A stretch of DNA of 51,750 nt from Candidatus Woesearchaeota archaeon (GTDB lineage: Archaea > Nanobdellota > Nanobdellia > Woesearchaeales > GW2011-AR4), in contig JACPJP010000018.1 in NCBI GenBank assembly GCA_016187495.1, positions 1-51,750 on the forward strand, given 5' to 3'. A program made the translations under genes and the position numbers. A model generated the notes under the pieces. That model was given only the letters and a program-made list of their open reading frames with translations, was not told the DNA's origin and did no database searches. This document shows positions 26,946 to 36,214 of the stretch, one piece after another (the stretch's first letter is position 1; each line of letters begins with the position of its first letter).

Positions 26946-27737
26946 TTAAAATGACACTGAATGCAGGGGCTTGTTTGACATTCTAACAGTAACCTTTTCT
27001 TTTGCCTTGAATGTATGCTCAACGCTTAAGGAATCCGCTATTAGCATTCCATCCCCTAGCTCAAATTCTACAATTATTTTTTTATCTTTATCCAGTATGC
27101 CATTGACTAATCCGCATTTCGCGCTTATTCTTCCGCAGTAAGGCTCTCTAACTATATATTCGAACTTATCCGAGTTCAAAGGAAGCTGTTTTCCGCCAGC
27201 GCTTTTCATCCATGCATAGCTTCCTGCTGCAGTTGATATTATTATTCCGCTGCTCTTTTGCCTTTCCCTCTGCCCTCTTATGGTAAGGTAATACCTTGCA
27301 GTATGGTACTCTTTTTTAGATGAAATATAGAATTCATTCAAAGCCAGCTCAGGGATTTTTTTATTGTCAAGGTAAGCTTCCAATCTGTTTAATTTTTTAA
27401 TTTTAAAACTGTTATTAATTATTTTATTAAATTTTTTATCAAAATCCTTTTTTGCAGCTGACATAAAAAACCCTTCTTTGGACTTGGGATTAGAATTAAC
27501 TCCTAGGATGGGAGTTGTATCAAAAATAAAGTGCGAAGCCCGCAAAAATGTTCCGTCTCCGCCTACTGCAATGATAAAATCCTTGTTTTGGAATAACTTT
27601 TTGTTCAAACTCTCCCTTTTTGAAATAATATAACTAACATTGTATTTTTTTAATGTTTTTTCAACTACCTGTAATGTTTGTTTCTCTGCAAGGTTTTTCA
27701 GCTTTGTGTAGACTACGAGGGTGTTTTTGATTTTCAT
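26946..27737 (-). CDS. nadK: NAD kinase
   Basis: GGDGTFL, ALNE, SSGIIISTAAGSYAW..SAGG. Confidence 0.92.
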   Translation of the reverse strand: MKIKNTLVVYTKLKNLAEKQTLQVVEKTLKKYNVSYIISKRESLNKKLFQNKDFIIAVGGDGTFLRASHFIFDTTPILGVNSNPKSKEGFFMSAAKKDFDKKFNKIINNSFKIKKLNRLEAYLDNKKIPELALNEFYISSKKEYHTARYYLTIRGQRERQKSSGIIISTAAGSYAWMKSAGGKQLPLNSDKFEYIVREPYCGRISAKCGLVNGILDKDKKIIVEFELGDGMLIADSLSVEHTFKAKEKVTVRMSNKPLHSVSF

Positions 27738-27746
27738 TGTAAAGTC

Positions 27747-30605
27747 TTATTCTACTAAAATAGCCAACTTTCCAGGCATAGCGTTCTTTGCCTTTGCCTC
27801 GTTGCTTTTGTCAGCCTCAATTACTCCTATATTGCAATTAAACTCGTTTTTAATAAAATCTAAAGATTCTTTTATTGCCTTAACTTCATCTTCCCACGCA
27901 AGCCTAATTTGGGGTATTTTCCTGCTGGCTATCATTTTAGGCAAAAATTTTTGTATGTCCTGTCCGTATTTCCTGAATTTTTCATCTGCCATTACCTCTT
28001 TTATTATTTCATTTGGATTCTTTATCTCAATCATCTTGTTTGCTTTTTTAAAAAGCTCATATTTCCATGACGGGCTTATGAATAATTTTATTGCTTTTGG
28101 CTTATTAATCTTAGCAAGCTTTAAAATCTCCTTTATGTCAGCTAAAGTATTTTCTATGAATTCTTCAATATAATCCAGGCTTTCATTTATTGCCTTTAAA
28201 TTTGATTTAGGCCATTGTTCAGCAGAAACAAAACTTCTTTTTCCTATCAAGTGCCAGCATTCCTCGCAGAAATGGGGTGTTACAGGAGCCATTAGCTTAA
28301 TTATAGACTCGGCAAAAAGATTAATAAGCTCCTTGTTTGGGTTATTATTCGTCCTTTTTAAATACCATTTCAAGTTCCTACGCATTTCTATAAATGAGTG
28401 CTGCACTGCAGACTTGAAAAGCATGTTTTCCATAGATTCTGTTGCATTTTTTATTGACTCGTTTATTTTGCTTTCAAACCATTTGTCTATGATTTTTTTG
28501 TCATTCCTTCCTTTATTATAGTTTTCTTTAATGAAATCATGAAGCTCTATAAGCTTTTTCTTTGCAACTTCAAGAAATTCCATTTCGTAGTTTGCATCAT
28601 CTACCCCTTCGCCTGCGTTTGCGGCTGCTAACCTTACAATATCCGCGCCATGCTTCTCGTAAAGCTCCCTCATTGTGAAGAAATTGCCTTTGGACTTTGA
28701 CATCTTCTCATTATTGACCATTATCCTTCCATTAATTACGAATGCCTTTGGCCAGTATTTTTTAGGGAATAAGGCGACATGGTTGAAGATGCAGAATACG
28801 AGGTGGTTTTGCACTAGGTCTTTTGCCGAGTTTCTAAAATCGAATGGATACCAGTATTCAAAATCCCTTCTCATTGTTTCTAGCATCTTTTTTGGTATGC
28901 CTGTGGATTTTTCTACCTCCGCAATATTGCCTTTTCCCAAATAAGCATAATCAAAAAATTCGTCATTAAGTTTATTTATCTTAAATCCGTAATCTCCAGG
29001 ATGCAATAAATATTTTGAAATTGTGCCATAAGCCATCTGTATTGTAGAATCAGACAAAGACTCAATTACCCACTTATCGTCCCATGGCAATTTTGTGCCT
29101 AATCCATATTCCCTTGTGCATGCCCAATGGTCAAGCCAATCTATTACATAATCAAACTGCTTTCTTACGATTTCAGGATAGATTTTCATGCCGTCTAGGC
29201 ATTCATGCGCCAATTTTTTCCATTTAGGATCGTTGTACTCGATAAACCACTGGTCCTCAACCATCTTTACAATGCATTCAGTTAAGCAGCGGCATACGAC
29301 TTTGCCTGTAAGCTCATAAAACATTGCAGCATCTTTTGATTTTAGAATGTCCTTCTTTATGGCATCCTGCGCCTCCGGAACAGTCAATCCAGCATATTTG
29401 CCGCAGTTCTTTTTCATAACGCCTTTCCTAAAAACAATCCTGTTAAGCTCTCCTTTTGCATCTTCCAGCTTCTCTTTATCCTGCGGATATTTTATATTAT
29501 GCTTATTGAGCATCTCCTGCCCTAAGTTTTCACCCATTCCTTCCACATTAATTATGGAAATAGGCTTCAATTTTTCAATAACCCTTGGATCAATATCATA
29601 TTTACTTACAATTTCAGGATGAGACTGTATATGCTGCATTTCTGCCAAGTCAACAGGGTCCTCAAGAGCTGAATAAACAATTCCAGAACCAACTTTTGCA
29701 TCAATAAATCCTGCAGGCACAATATAAAGATCGTAATCAACCAAAGGCCCTTTAGCCCATTTGCCGATAAGCTCCTTTGCCTCGATATTTCTTATAATCT
29801 TGGTCTTTCCATATTGCTGCTCAATTTTTTTTACAGCTTCTTTGCTTACAACCCAATTTTCGTCTTTGATTTTTGCAACAACATACTCTCCATTAGGATC
29901 TATCCATAAATGGGTTTGCCCCCACAATGCATCAGGCCTTGTGGTTCCGGACATTATTATTAAGTCAGAATTCTTTAACCTGAATTTTGCCCAAATGAAG
30001 TCCTTCGGAGTTTCACCTTCTCCTTCAGAGCGGTCATGGTCGCCTACAGGTAAATTATCCTTGGGGCACCAGACAACAGGATGTTTTCCTTTCTTTACAT
30101 ATCCTTTTTCCCTTAGCTTGTTGAACTGCCATCTTATAAAAGAATCATAGCTTGGATTCAAATATGTGGTCCTGAAAGCATACCTTTCGTCAATGGAAAA
30201 CCCCATATTTTTTGCATCCTTTAAAGTTTCTTTGGGAAAATAATCGCACCAGTATTCTGGGTTTCCAAATTTTGACATTTCTTTGTCTGAAATGCCCATC
30301 TTTTTTAGCGTATCAATCTGCGTTGCTTCCTTTTCTTTTACGCGCTGCGCAGCCGCTACTATTGGAGTCCCAGTACAATGAAAACCATATTTTGCCAAAA
30401 CATTAAAGCCCTGCATCCTTTTATACCTTAACACTATCTCAGAAAATGTATATGTAAATAAATGCCCTAAATGAAGAAGTCCACTCATATAAGGATAAAC
30501 AATTGCAACATAGAACTTTTTTCCATTATCTGCTTCAGCTTGGAAAAGCTTGGCTTCATCCCACTTCTTCTGCCATTTCTTCGCTATTTCATTAAAATCA
30601 ACCAT
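27747..30605 (-). CDS. leuS: Leucyl-tRNA synthetase, archaeal type
   Basis: YPYMSG.LHLGH (HIGH), IESLSDSTI, YWYP.D.R.SAKDL, KMSKSKGN, AMPGK.AI. Confidence 0.97.
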   Translation of the reverse strand: MVDFNEIAKKWQKKWDEAKLFQAEADNGKKFYVAIVYPYMSGLLHLGHLFTYTFSEIVLRYKRMQGFNVLAKYGFHCTGTPIVAAAQRVKEKEATQIDTLKKMGISDKEMSKFGNPEYWCDYFPKETLKDAKNMGFSIDERYAFRTTYLNPSYDSFIRWQFNKLREKGYVKKGKHPVVWCPKDNLPVGDHDRSEGEGETPKDFIWAKFRLKNSDLIIMSGTTRPDALWGQTHLWIDPNGEYVVAKIKDENWVVSKEAVKKIEQQYGKTKIIRNIEAKELIGKWAKGPLVDYDLYIVPAGFIDAKVGSGIVYSALEDPVDLAEMQHIQSHPEIVSKYDIDPRVIEKLKPISIINVEGMGENLGQEMLNKHNIKYPQDKEKLEDAKGELNRIVFRKGVMKKNCGKYAGLTVPEAQDAIKKDILKSKDAAMFYELTGKVVCRCLTECIVKMVEDQWFIEYNDPKWKKLAHECLDGMKIYPEIVRKQFDYVIDWLDHWACTREYGLGTKLPWDDKWVIESLSDSTIQMAYGTISKYLLHPGDYGFKINKLNDEFFDYAYLGKGNIAEVEKSTGIPKKMLETMRRDFEYWYPFDFRNSAKDLVQNHLVFCIFNHVALFPKKYWPKAFVINGRIMVNNEKMSKSKGNFFTMRELYEKHGADIVRLAAANAGEGVDDANYEMEFLEVAKKKLIELHDFIKENYNKGRNDKKIIDKWFESKINESIKNATESMENMLFKSAVQHSFIEMRRNLKWYLKRTNNNPNKELINLFAESIIKLMAPVTPHFCEECWHLIGKRSFVSAEQWPKSNLKAINESLDYIEEFIENTLADIKEILKLAKINKPKAIKLFISPSWKYELFKKANKMIEIKNPNEIIKEVMADEKFRKYGQDIQKFLPKMIASRKIPQIRLAWEDEVKAIKESLDFIKNEFNCNIGVIEADKSNEAKAKNAMPGKLAILVE

Positions 30606-30644
30606 AGAACATAAGAAAAAGAATTAATTTAAAATGTTTATGGT

Positions 30645-30842
30645 TTAAAACTTCTTAAACTCTGCTACGGTATCAATTAAGTCAACGTGCCCCAAAAACA
30701 CGGCCCTGCAGCAGTACCTTTCCAGGCCTAATTCATCCAGTGCATTCTTGCGGTCCTCGCCTTTTTCGAGTCTAGCCTTAAAATCTTCCCACAAATGGCC
30801 TATTGGCTTTCCACAGCTCCAACAACGAATTGGTATGATCAT
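30645..30842 (-). CDS. rpoN: RNA polymerase subunit N (Rpo10)
   Basis: MIIPIRCWSCGK and RYCCR. Confidence 0.97.
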   Translation of the reverse strand: MIIPIRCWSCGKPIGHLWEDFKARLEKGEDRKNALDELGLERYCCRAVFLGHVDLIDTVAEFKKF

Positions 30843-30860
30843 TTTTTCACCCTTCCATTT

Positions 30861-31262
30861 TTAACGGTACGACTTCTGAACCTTAGCCCTTGCCTGTCCA
30901 TGACGATTTGGTTTTGCAGGCTCCTTCCTTCTTACATCCGCAACCAAAAGACTCCTGTCATAATTCAAAAAATCCTCTTTTAATTTATCGTTTTTTGAAA
31001 ACTCTACAAGCCCTTTTGCAATCGCTAGTCTTGAGGCGTCTGCCTGGCTTGCAATGCCTCCTCCAATAACATTAACGCTGATATCAACCTTATTGGCCGC
31101 ATCTCCTGCGATAATTAGTGGTTCTTTTATTTTTAATCTATACATCCTTGACCCATAGCAATCCAAAACCATGTTATTTATCTTTACAATTCCATTTCCA
31201 GGTTTTGTTGTTGCTCGTGCAATCGCCCTTTTCCTTTTTCCAGATGTTAATATAGGCTTCAT
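30861..31262 (-). CDS. rps9: 30S ribosomal protein S9 (uS9)
   Basis: GKRKRAIARA, YDRSLLVADVRR, QKSYR. Confidence 0.97.
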   Translation of the reverse strand: MKPILTSGKRKRAIARATTKPGNGIVKINNMVLDCYGSRMYRLKIKEPLIIAGDAANKVDISVNVIGGGIASQADASRLAIAKGLVEFSKNDKLKEDFLNYDRSLLVADVRRKEPAKPNRHGQARAKVQKSYR

Positions 31263-31263
31263 T

Positions 31264-31686
31264 TTATACCTTAGCTCCTATGTGAATACAAACCTCTTTT
31301 ACGGTTACATACTTAAAATTCGGAAGCTTTTCAACATTAGCATCCTTTATAGTGTCCTTTTTTTGGCCTTTAAGGCTGTCAGGAATTCCGATATAACACT
31401 TTATATTCTTAAATGCCTCTCTGCCTCTTCCTTTTTTGTAAGGAAGCATTCCCCTTATTGCCCTTTTAACAAACCTGTCGGGCATCTTGCGGGCAAATGG
31501 CCCTTTTGCTGGAGTGCCTCTGTGCAAAAATTCGTCGTATCTTTCAAAAATGTCATATTTGTCTCCTGTGACAACTGCATTTTCACAATTTACGATGTCT
31601 ACTTTTTCCCCTAGCAAAGCCTTCTTTGCAACAAAAGTACCAAGCCTTCCCAATATTAAGTTGTTTGCGTCAATAATCATTTTCAT
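31264..31686 (-). CDS. rpl13: 50S ribosomal protein L13 (uL13)
   Basis: IDA..LILGRL, KRAIRGMLP. Confidence 0.97.
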   Translation of the reverse strand: MKMIIDANNLILGRLGTFVAKKALLGEKVDIVNCENAVVTGDKYDIFERYDEFLHRGTPAKGPFARKMPDRFVKRAIRGMLPYKKGRGREAFKNIKCYIGIPDSLKGQKKDTIKDANVEKLPNFKYVTVKEVCIHIGAKV

Positions 31687-31746
31687 TATTTTTTGTTTTA
31701 TCTCAACTTGTTTAATATTTTTTATTTATTGAGTCGTTTTAATTGA

Positions 31747-32109
31747 TTAGCCTATTATCCTAATATTTTTGCCATTGGGCTTCTCTTTGCTTAAATCTAG
31801 CAGTGAAACTATTTGCGCTCCGCATTTCTCCAATTTGTCTTTTGCCTGCTCTGAAAACTGGTAAGCGCTTATTGTCAGCTTATGGTTCAGGTCACCAGAG
31901 CCAAGAACTTTGCCTGGGACAACAACAACTTCATTCTCCTTAGTGTGTCTATTAATCCTGGACAGGTTAACAGCTCTCCTCTGCCTTGTAGGTTTCTCTA
32001 AATCTGAAGCAATCCTCTTCCATAGATTAACCTCTTGCTCGTTGCCCCTCTTCTTCAGTTCCCCTATCAAGTCCCTAAGCAAGGGGTTTGTCGGCCCTGT
32101 TCGTTTCAT
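31747..32109 (-). CDS. rpl18e: 50S ribosomal protein L18e
   Basis: TNP.L, VNLSRINR, VVPGKVLGSG. Confidence 0.96.
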   Translation of the reverse strand: MKRTGPTNPLLRDLIGELKKRGNEQEVNLWKRIASDLEKPTRQRRAVNLSRINRHTKENEVVVVPGKVLGSGDLNHKLTISAYQFSEQAKDKLEKCGAQIVSLLDLSKEKPNGKNIRIIG

Positions 32110-32465
32110 TTTTGTACATTGAATTTTTGATTTTATCTTATGCACACAAATATTTGCGTGAATTTAGTTTCTTTCACTTCATATTTCTTTTTTGCAATGA
32201 ACAATATTATCATTAACAGGAAAAATTTCCATCTTCCTGCGTTAATGAAATTTTTGATCTTATATTTTTTTGTACAGCCACATCAGATTATTTTTTGCTT
32301 TTGCCATACAAGCAAGCAAAAAATCCTATTATTATTAATCTTTATTGAATAAATATTATTGTTTGGAAATATGAATTTACTTTTACTTTTTTGTTATCAA
32401 AGCGTTTGTGCAGTTTAATGGATTTTTAGTTTAATGCATTCCCATTCATGTTACATTTATTTTAA

Positions 32466-32549
32466 TGCGGGGGACGTGATTCGAACACGCGTACCCACTA
32501 AGGGACAAGGCCCTCGACCTTGCGCATTTGGCCACTCTGCCACCCCCGC
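32466..32549 (-). tRNA. tRNA-Leu (GAG), intronless
   Basis: GCGGGGG/CCCCCGC+A, anticodon stem CAAGG/CCTTG with loop TCGAGGG, long variable arm, TTCGAAT T loop; lies between rpoD and rpl18e as is common in archaea. Confidence 0.92.
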
Positions 32550-32570
32550 AATAAGCATAAATGCAGGGAT

Positions 32571-33365
32571 TTACTTAAGCGCCTTTACTTTCTCGTTGAA
32601 CTCATCAAAAGTTTCATTGAAAATATCCAAAGCCGCATTCAATATCTCCTTGCAGCTTAGCTGCCCCCATGATTCAATGTAAAATATTATATCATTGTCG
32701 TATTTGACCTTTATCTCATTATTGGAGACATCCTCCAGTATTCCTGCAAGATCGTACTTGAATAAATTATCTTTGATTATCTCAAGCTTGCCATTTTTTA
32801 TCTCAAAAATATTTCCATGCGTTTTTTCCACAACCTCTTCCGGATTTTTTACATTTCCTATTTCTATTACAGGCTTGTGCTTATAATACGCTAGACAAGG
32901 GCTCCATTTTGAATGCTCCTTGCCCCTTCCTAGGACAGCAGTAGCCTCCAGCTCCAGGCTTTGCCCTTTTAGCAATTTGACAATAGGCATTTTTGGGTAT
33001 ACCGGCTTTATAGCGGGGTCTTTGCTTTTAAGTTCGGAAGCATCAACCATTCCAGCGCCTTTTAAGGCTTTAAGCGTAATCTTGACTTGGCATCTTGCGC
33101 ACCCTTCTCCATTGCACTTGCACTTTTCCGGCAGATTATATGATTTCAGATCTGTGCTTAAGGGTATTAAACCAAGCCTGTGAGCAATCATTTCATCATA
33201 AAGTATTGAATTATTTTTTGTAAATTCTACATCCTCAATGGCCATAGTTGGGACTTCATCAACTATTATTCTTCTCAAGGTATTTGCAAAAGCAGGCGTT
33301 ATATCCTTGGCAATAAATGAAAGCTTCCCTTCTTCCTTCTCATTTGACAATACCCTTATCTCCAT
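32571..33365 (-). CDS. rpoD: RNA polymerase subunit D (Rpo3)
   Basis: FANTLRR, DEMIAHRLGLIPL, GKEHSKWSP, IESWGQL. Confidence 0.97.
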   Translation of the reverse strand: MEIRVLSNEKEEGKLSFIAKDITPAFANTLRRIIVDEVPTMAIEDVEFTKNNSILYDEMIAHRLGLIPLSTDLKSYNLPEKCKCNGEGCARCQVKITLKALKGAGMVDASELKSKDPAIKPVYPKMPIVKLLKGQSLELEATAVLGRGKEHSKWSPCLAYYKHKPVIEIGNVKNPEEVVEKTHGNIFEIKNGKLEIIKDNLFKYDLAGILEDVSNNEIKVKYDNDIIFYIESWGQLSCKEILNAALDIFNETFDEFNEKVKALK

Positions 33366-33381
33366 TTTAGCACCTCAAACT

Positions 33382-33777
33382 TTACACCCTTCTGCCTCTT
33401 CTTCCTCCTTTCTTTCTGCAGCCATCATGCGGCAAGGGGGTAACATCTTCTATTAAGCCTATCTTTAGCCCCATTCTTGACAGTGCCCTTATCGCAGCCT
33501 GCGCTCCTGGGCCTGGTCCGGTAGCATCGTTATGGCCGCCTTTGGACCGTATCTTTACATTGATGGAGTTTATCCCTTTTTCTATCGCAACCTCTGCAGC
33601 TCTTTTTGCAGCAATCATTGCAGCTGTAGGGCTTGATTCCATCCTGTCGCTTTTTACAACAACTCCGCCAGAGCATTTGCTTATTGTCTCTGTGCCAGTT
33701 ATGTCTGTTATGTGGATTATAGTATTATTGTATGATGCGTAAATATGCGCAATGCCGCTTCTTTCCTTAAATGCCAT
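33382..33777 (-). CDS. rps11: 30S ribosomal protein S11 (uS11)
   Basis: [31 protein letters not shown]. Confidence 0.98.
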   Translation of the reverse strand: MAFKERSGIAHIYASYNNTIIHITDITGTETISKCSGGVVVKSDRMESSPTAAMIAAKRAAEVAIEKGINSINVKIRSKGGHNDATGPGPGAQAAIRALSRMGLKIGLIEDVTPLPHDGCRKKGGRRGRRV

Positions 33778-33779
33778 TT

Positions 33780-34478
33780 TTATTTGCCCCCTTCTTTTTT
33801 CTTCTGCTTATCTCCTTTGCTAGCATGATCTTTTTTCTCAGTTTTTGCAGCTTTCTCTTCTTTATTGTCATTCTTATCCCCAGATTCTTCTTTCTTTTTT
33901 TCTGCTTTATCAGAGCTTTCTTTCTTCCCTTGCTTCTCTTTTCTCTTGCCAGTCTTCACTTCGCTTATTGCTGATCTTTGAGGATGGTCTGCGTTTGAAA
34001 GCACAGAACCCTGAGAAAATCCAATGTTTGCTTCTTCATCCACTGGAACAAGGTATGATGGCGCTGTAACTGTTTTTTCTCCAAGTGCAATGTGCTCATG
34101 GACAATAAACTGCCTTGCTTGCCTGGCACTTGAAGCCAGGTTTTTCCTGTAAACCAGCGTCTGCAATCTTCTTTCCATTATGTCCTTTAACGACAATGAT
34201 AAGACATCTTCAACCTGCGCTTCTTTGTTTATAATGCCCAAGGAATGAAGTTTCGTCAAAAGTTGTTTTGCTTCCTTTTCAGCTTGCGGTTTTTTTGTTG
34301 CTATAAGGTTTTTAGCCTGTCTTGTGAGGTTCCTAAGGACAGAATTCATTTTCCATAACTCATACTTCCTATTAAGGCCGTATTCCTTGACTAGTTCCTG
34401 CTCTGCCAGAATCCTTTCCTTCTGCCACGGATGTGTAGGCTTTGAAAATTTCTTTCTTTGTTTTTTTGGGCTTCCCAT
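33780..34478 (-). CDS. rps4: 30S ribosomal protein S4 (uS4) with charged C-terminal extension
   Basis: [30 protein letters not shown]. Confidence 0.97.
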   Translation of the reverse strand: MGSPKKQRKKFSKPTHPWQKERILAEQELVKEYGLNRKYELWKMNSVLRNLTRQAKNLIATKKPQAEKEAKQLLTKLHSLGIINKEAQVEDVLSLSLKDIMERRLQTLVYRKNLASSARQARQFIVHEHIALGEKTVTAPSYLVPVDEEANIGFSQGSVLSNADHPQRSAISEVKTGKRKEKQGKKESSDKAEKKKEESGDKNDNKEEKAAKTEKKDHASKGDKQKKKEGGK

Positions 34479-34480
34479 TT

Positions 34481-35050
34481 TTATACCTTTCCCGGTTTGG
34501 CATCCGCCCTTTTGATAACACCTAATGATACTTTCCCCTTATTTTTCCTGAAATTTGATTTTGTCCTTTGGCCCCTGACAGGCAATCCCATGCCATGCCT
34601 GATCCCACGGTAAGACCTGATCCTTTTCATCCTCTTAACGTCATTTTCTTCTGCAAAGGATAAGTTTCCTGTTATAATGTGATAGTCCTTCCCGTCCTCA
34701 TAGTTTTTTCTTCTGTTGAGCATCCAGCCTGGCGCATTGTATTTTCCTGGATCATTCAAAACTTCATCAATCTTCTTTACCTGGTCATCTTTTAGGTAAC
34801 CTGTCTTTGCATTTTTATCTATTCCGGCAATATTGCAAAGCATGTTGGCAAACATAAAACCAACCCCTTTAATTTTCGTAAGCGCCTGGAAAATTTTTTT
34901 ATTTCCATCTAAGTCAGTATTTGCAATCCTTACAAAATACCTGAAGTCTTTGTCTGCAGGTTGGATGCTAGGCTTACGGGCATCTTCTTTTCTCGCAACT
35001 TGAGATCCAGAAGCCTGCTTTACATTATCTTGTTTTTCATGTTCAGCCAT
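34481..35050 (-). CDS. rps13: 30S ribosomal protein S13 (uS13) with N-terminal extension
   Basis: VRIANTDLDG, IKGVG, YRGIRH..GLPVRGQRT. Confidence 0.97.
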   Translation of the reverse strand: MAEHEKQDNVKQASGSQVARKEDARKPSIQPADKDFRYFVRIANTDLDGNKKIFQALTKIKGVGFMFANMLCNIAGIDKNAKTGYLKDDQVKKIDEVLNDPGKYNAPGWMLNRRKNYEDGKDYHIITGNLSFAEENDVKRMKRIRSYRGIRHGMGLPVRGQRTKSNFRKNKGKVSLGVIKRADAKPGKV

Positions 35051-35071
35051 TTTGAGCAATTGAGTAATAAC

Positions 35072-35144
35072 AGCCGAGAATATAGCACTTAAATCCATAT
35101 ACTCATTATATGAACCCTAAAAGCGCTCTTATCGAACTCGGGCT
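35072..35144 (-). promoter_or_regulatory. Long hairpin in the 5' leader of the rps13 operon
   Basis: On the mRNA strand AGCCCGAG/CTCGGCT, AGCGCTT/AAGTGCT and GGGTTCATATA/TATATGGATTT nest into one stem that starts about 28 nt below TTTATAAA. Confidence 0.55.
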
Positions 35145-35325
35145 TAATTAATAGGAGAGAAAATAAGGCTTATTTATAAAGATTATGATTGTAGGTTCTG
35201 GTGCGTAAGTGGGTGATGGATTAAGCGGTGCGTTAAGGGTGATAAAAGGTTACATATTAAGGGAAATAGATGAACTAATAGTGGCAGTAGAACGAGCTAA
35301 AATAGAAGCCGAAAAACAAGCAAAA

Positions 35326-35568
35326 TCACCTATCAAGAAATTTTATAATCTTTTGGAGTATTGTTTTAATGCTCTTAAGGAAATAAATAATACTATTTTC
35401 AAATATTTTAAGAATGACAAAAATTCCAAGAAACATTAAAGCCCACTTAAATATCCCTGCTATAACAAACAGAATAACCAACAATAGAGATATTCTTTTC
35501 AACCAAATAATTAGAATAAAATAATTAAAGAAAAAATGAAAGATTTTTCTTTTAGGTTTCGAAGTCAT
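35326..35568 (-). CDS. Small hypothetical membrane protein
   Basis: 80-aa hydrophobic ORF; overlaps a competing + strand ORF (35209-35439). Confidence 0.4.
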   Translation of the reverse strand: MTSKPKRKIFHFFFNYFILIIWLKRISLLLVILFVIAGIFKWALMFLGIFVILKIFENSIIYFLKSIKTILQKIIKFLDR

Positions 35569-35720
35569 ATACCTACATTTTATTTATTGTTATTTAATGC
35601 TTTCTCCAATAATTCCATCAATCTACCTCATTCCACCTCAACCCACACTCCAGATTTTAAGACAGTATAATTCCTATCGCCGAATGTTGCATTTTCACTG
35701 CTCAAAAACCAAAAATATAT

Positions 35721-35740
35721 AAGTAAGATATGTTTTACTT
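35721..35740. promoter_or_regulatory. Candidate AbrB-type autoregulatory operator
   Basis: AAGTAAGA-TATG-TTTTACTT imperfect palindrome between an AAATATATAA box and the AGGAGG SD of the antitoxin gene. Confidence 0.45.
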
Positions 35741-35764
35741 TTCCTATAATTAAGGAGGATTAAA

Positions 35765-36025
35765 ATGGAAGTAGAATTAACAAGAATATCGGAAAAGGGC
35801 CAAGTTGTAATACCCAGCTCTCTAAGGAGAGTGATGAAAATAGAAAAGTCAGACCAGTTTCTGGTATTTGGGGAAGGGAATACAATAATACTTAAAAAAG
35901 TTGAAAAACCAGCTTTTAAAAAGTCTTTTGAGCAAATAGCCAATCCTTTACAAAAAGCAGCCAAACAAGTAGGACTAACAAGAAAAGACTTGGAAAATGC
36001 AATTAGGGATGTAAGAAATGCTTAA
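35765..36025 (+). CDS. AbrB/MazE/SpoVT-family antitoxin
   Basis: TRISEKGQVVIP..LR; strong SD; overlaps the start of a PIN gene. Confidence 0.9.
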   Translation: MEVELTRISEKGQVVIPSSLRRVMKIEKSDQFLVFGEGNTIILKKVEKPAFKKSFEQIANPLQKAAKQVGLTRKDLENAIRDVRNA

Positions 36026-36113
36026 ACTTGTTTTAGACACCAATACTTTTGTGTCTGCTTTCTTTTGGAAAGTCGCCCATATCCAAAAAGTTAAGTACCT
36101 GCCCGAAAAGTAG
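36018..36113 (+). pseudogene. Truncated PIN (VapC-like) toxin
   Basis: MLKLVLDTNTFVSAFFW is a PIN N-terminus; similarity is lost after about 18 codons and the frame stops at codon 32. Confidence 0.8.
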
Positions 36114-36214
36114 GGTTTTTGTATAAAAAGTCAAATATCAAAAACTATGTTTATTTTCAATATAAACAATTTATCTGAATAAAGTTTATAAACATAGTCA
36201 AAAATTCCTATATT

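Noticed and set aside
26900-27022. N-terminal extension of the TVP38 ORF overlapping nadK
   Set aside because: A TATA box and GTG at 26899 give a more plausible start.
32146-32460. AT-rich gap between tRNA-Leu and rpl18e (possible att site or small gene)
   Set aside because: No duplicated tRNA 3' end, integrase or credible ORF seen.
32434-32682. 82-aa ORF on the + strand
   Set aside because: Antisense to tRNA-Leu and the end of rpoD.
35209-35439. 76-aa ORF on the + strand
   Set aside because: It has a GTG start, no motif and a 114-bp convergent overlap with another ORF. It cannot be supported, though it is not excluded.
35600-35660. Similarity to 39651-39677 (TTCT.CAA.AATTCCA.C) as possible island-bounding direct repeats
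   Set aside because: The match is short and imperfect in AT-rich DNA, so it is insufficient to call att sites.
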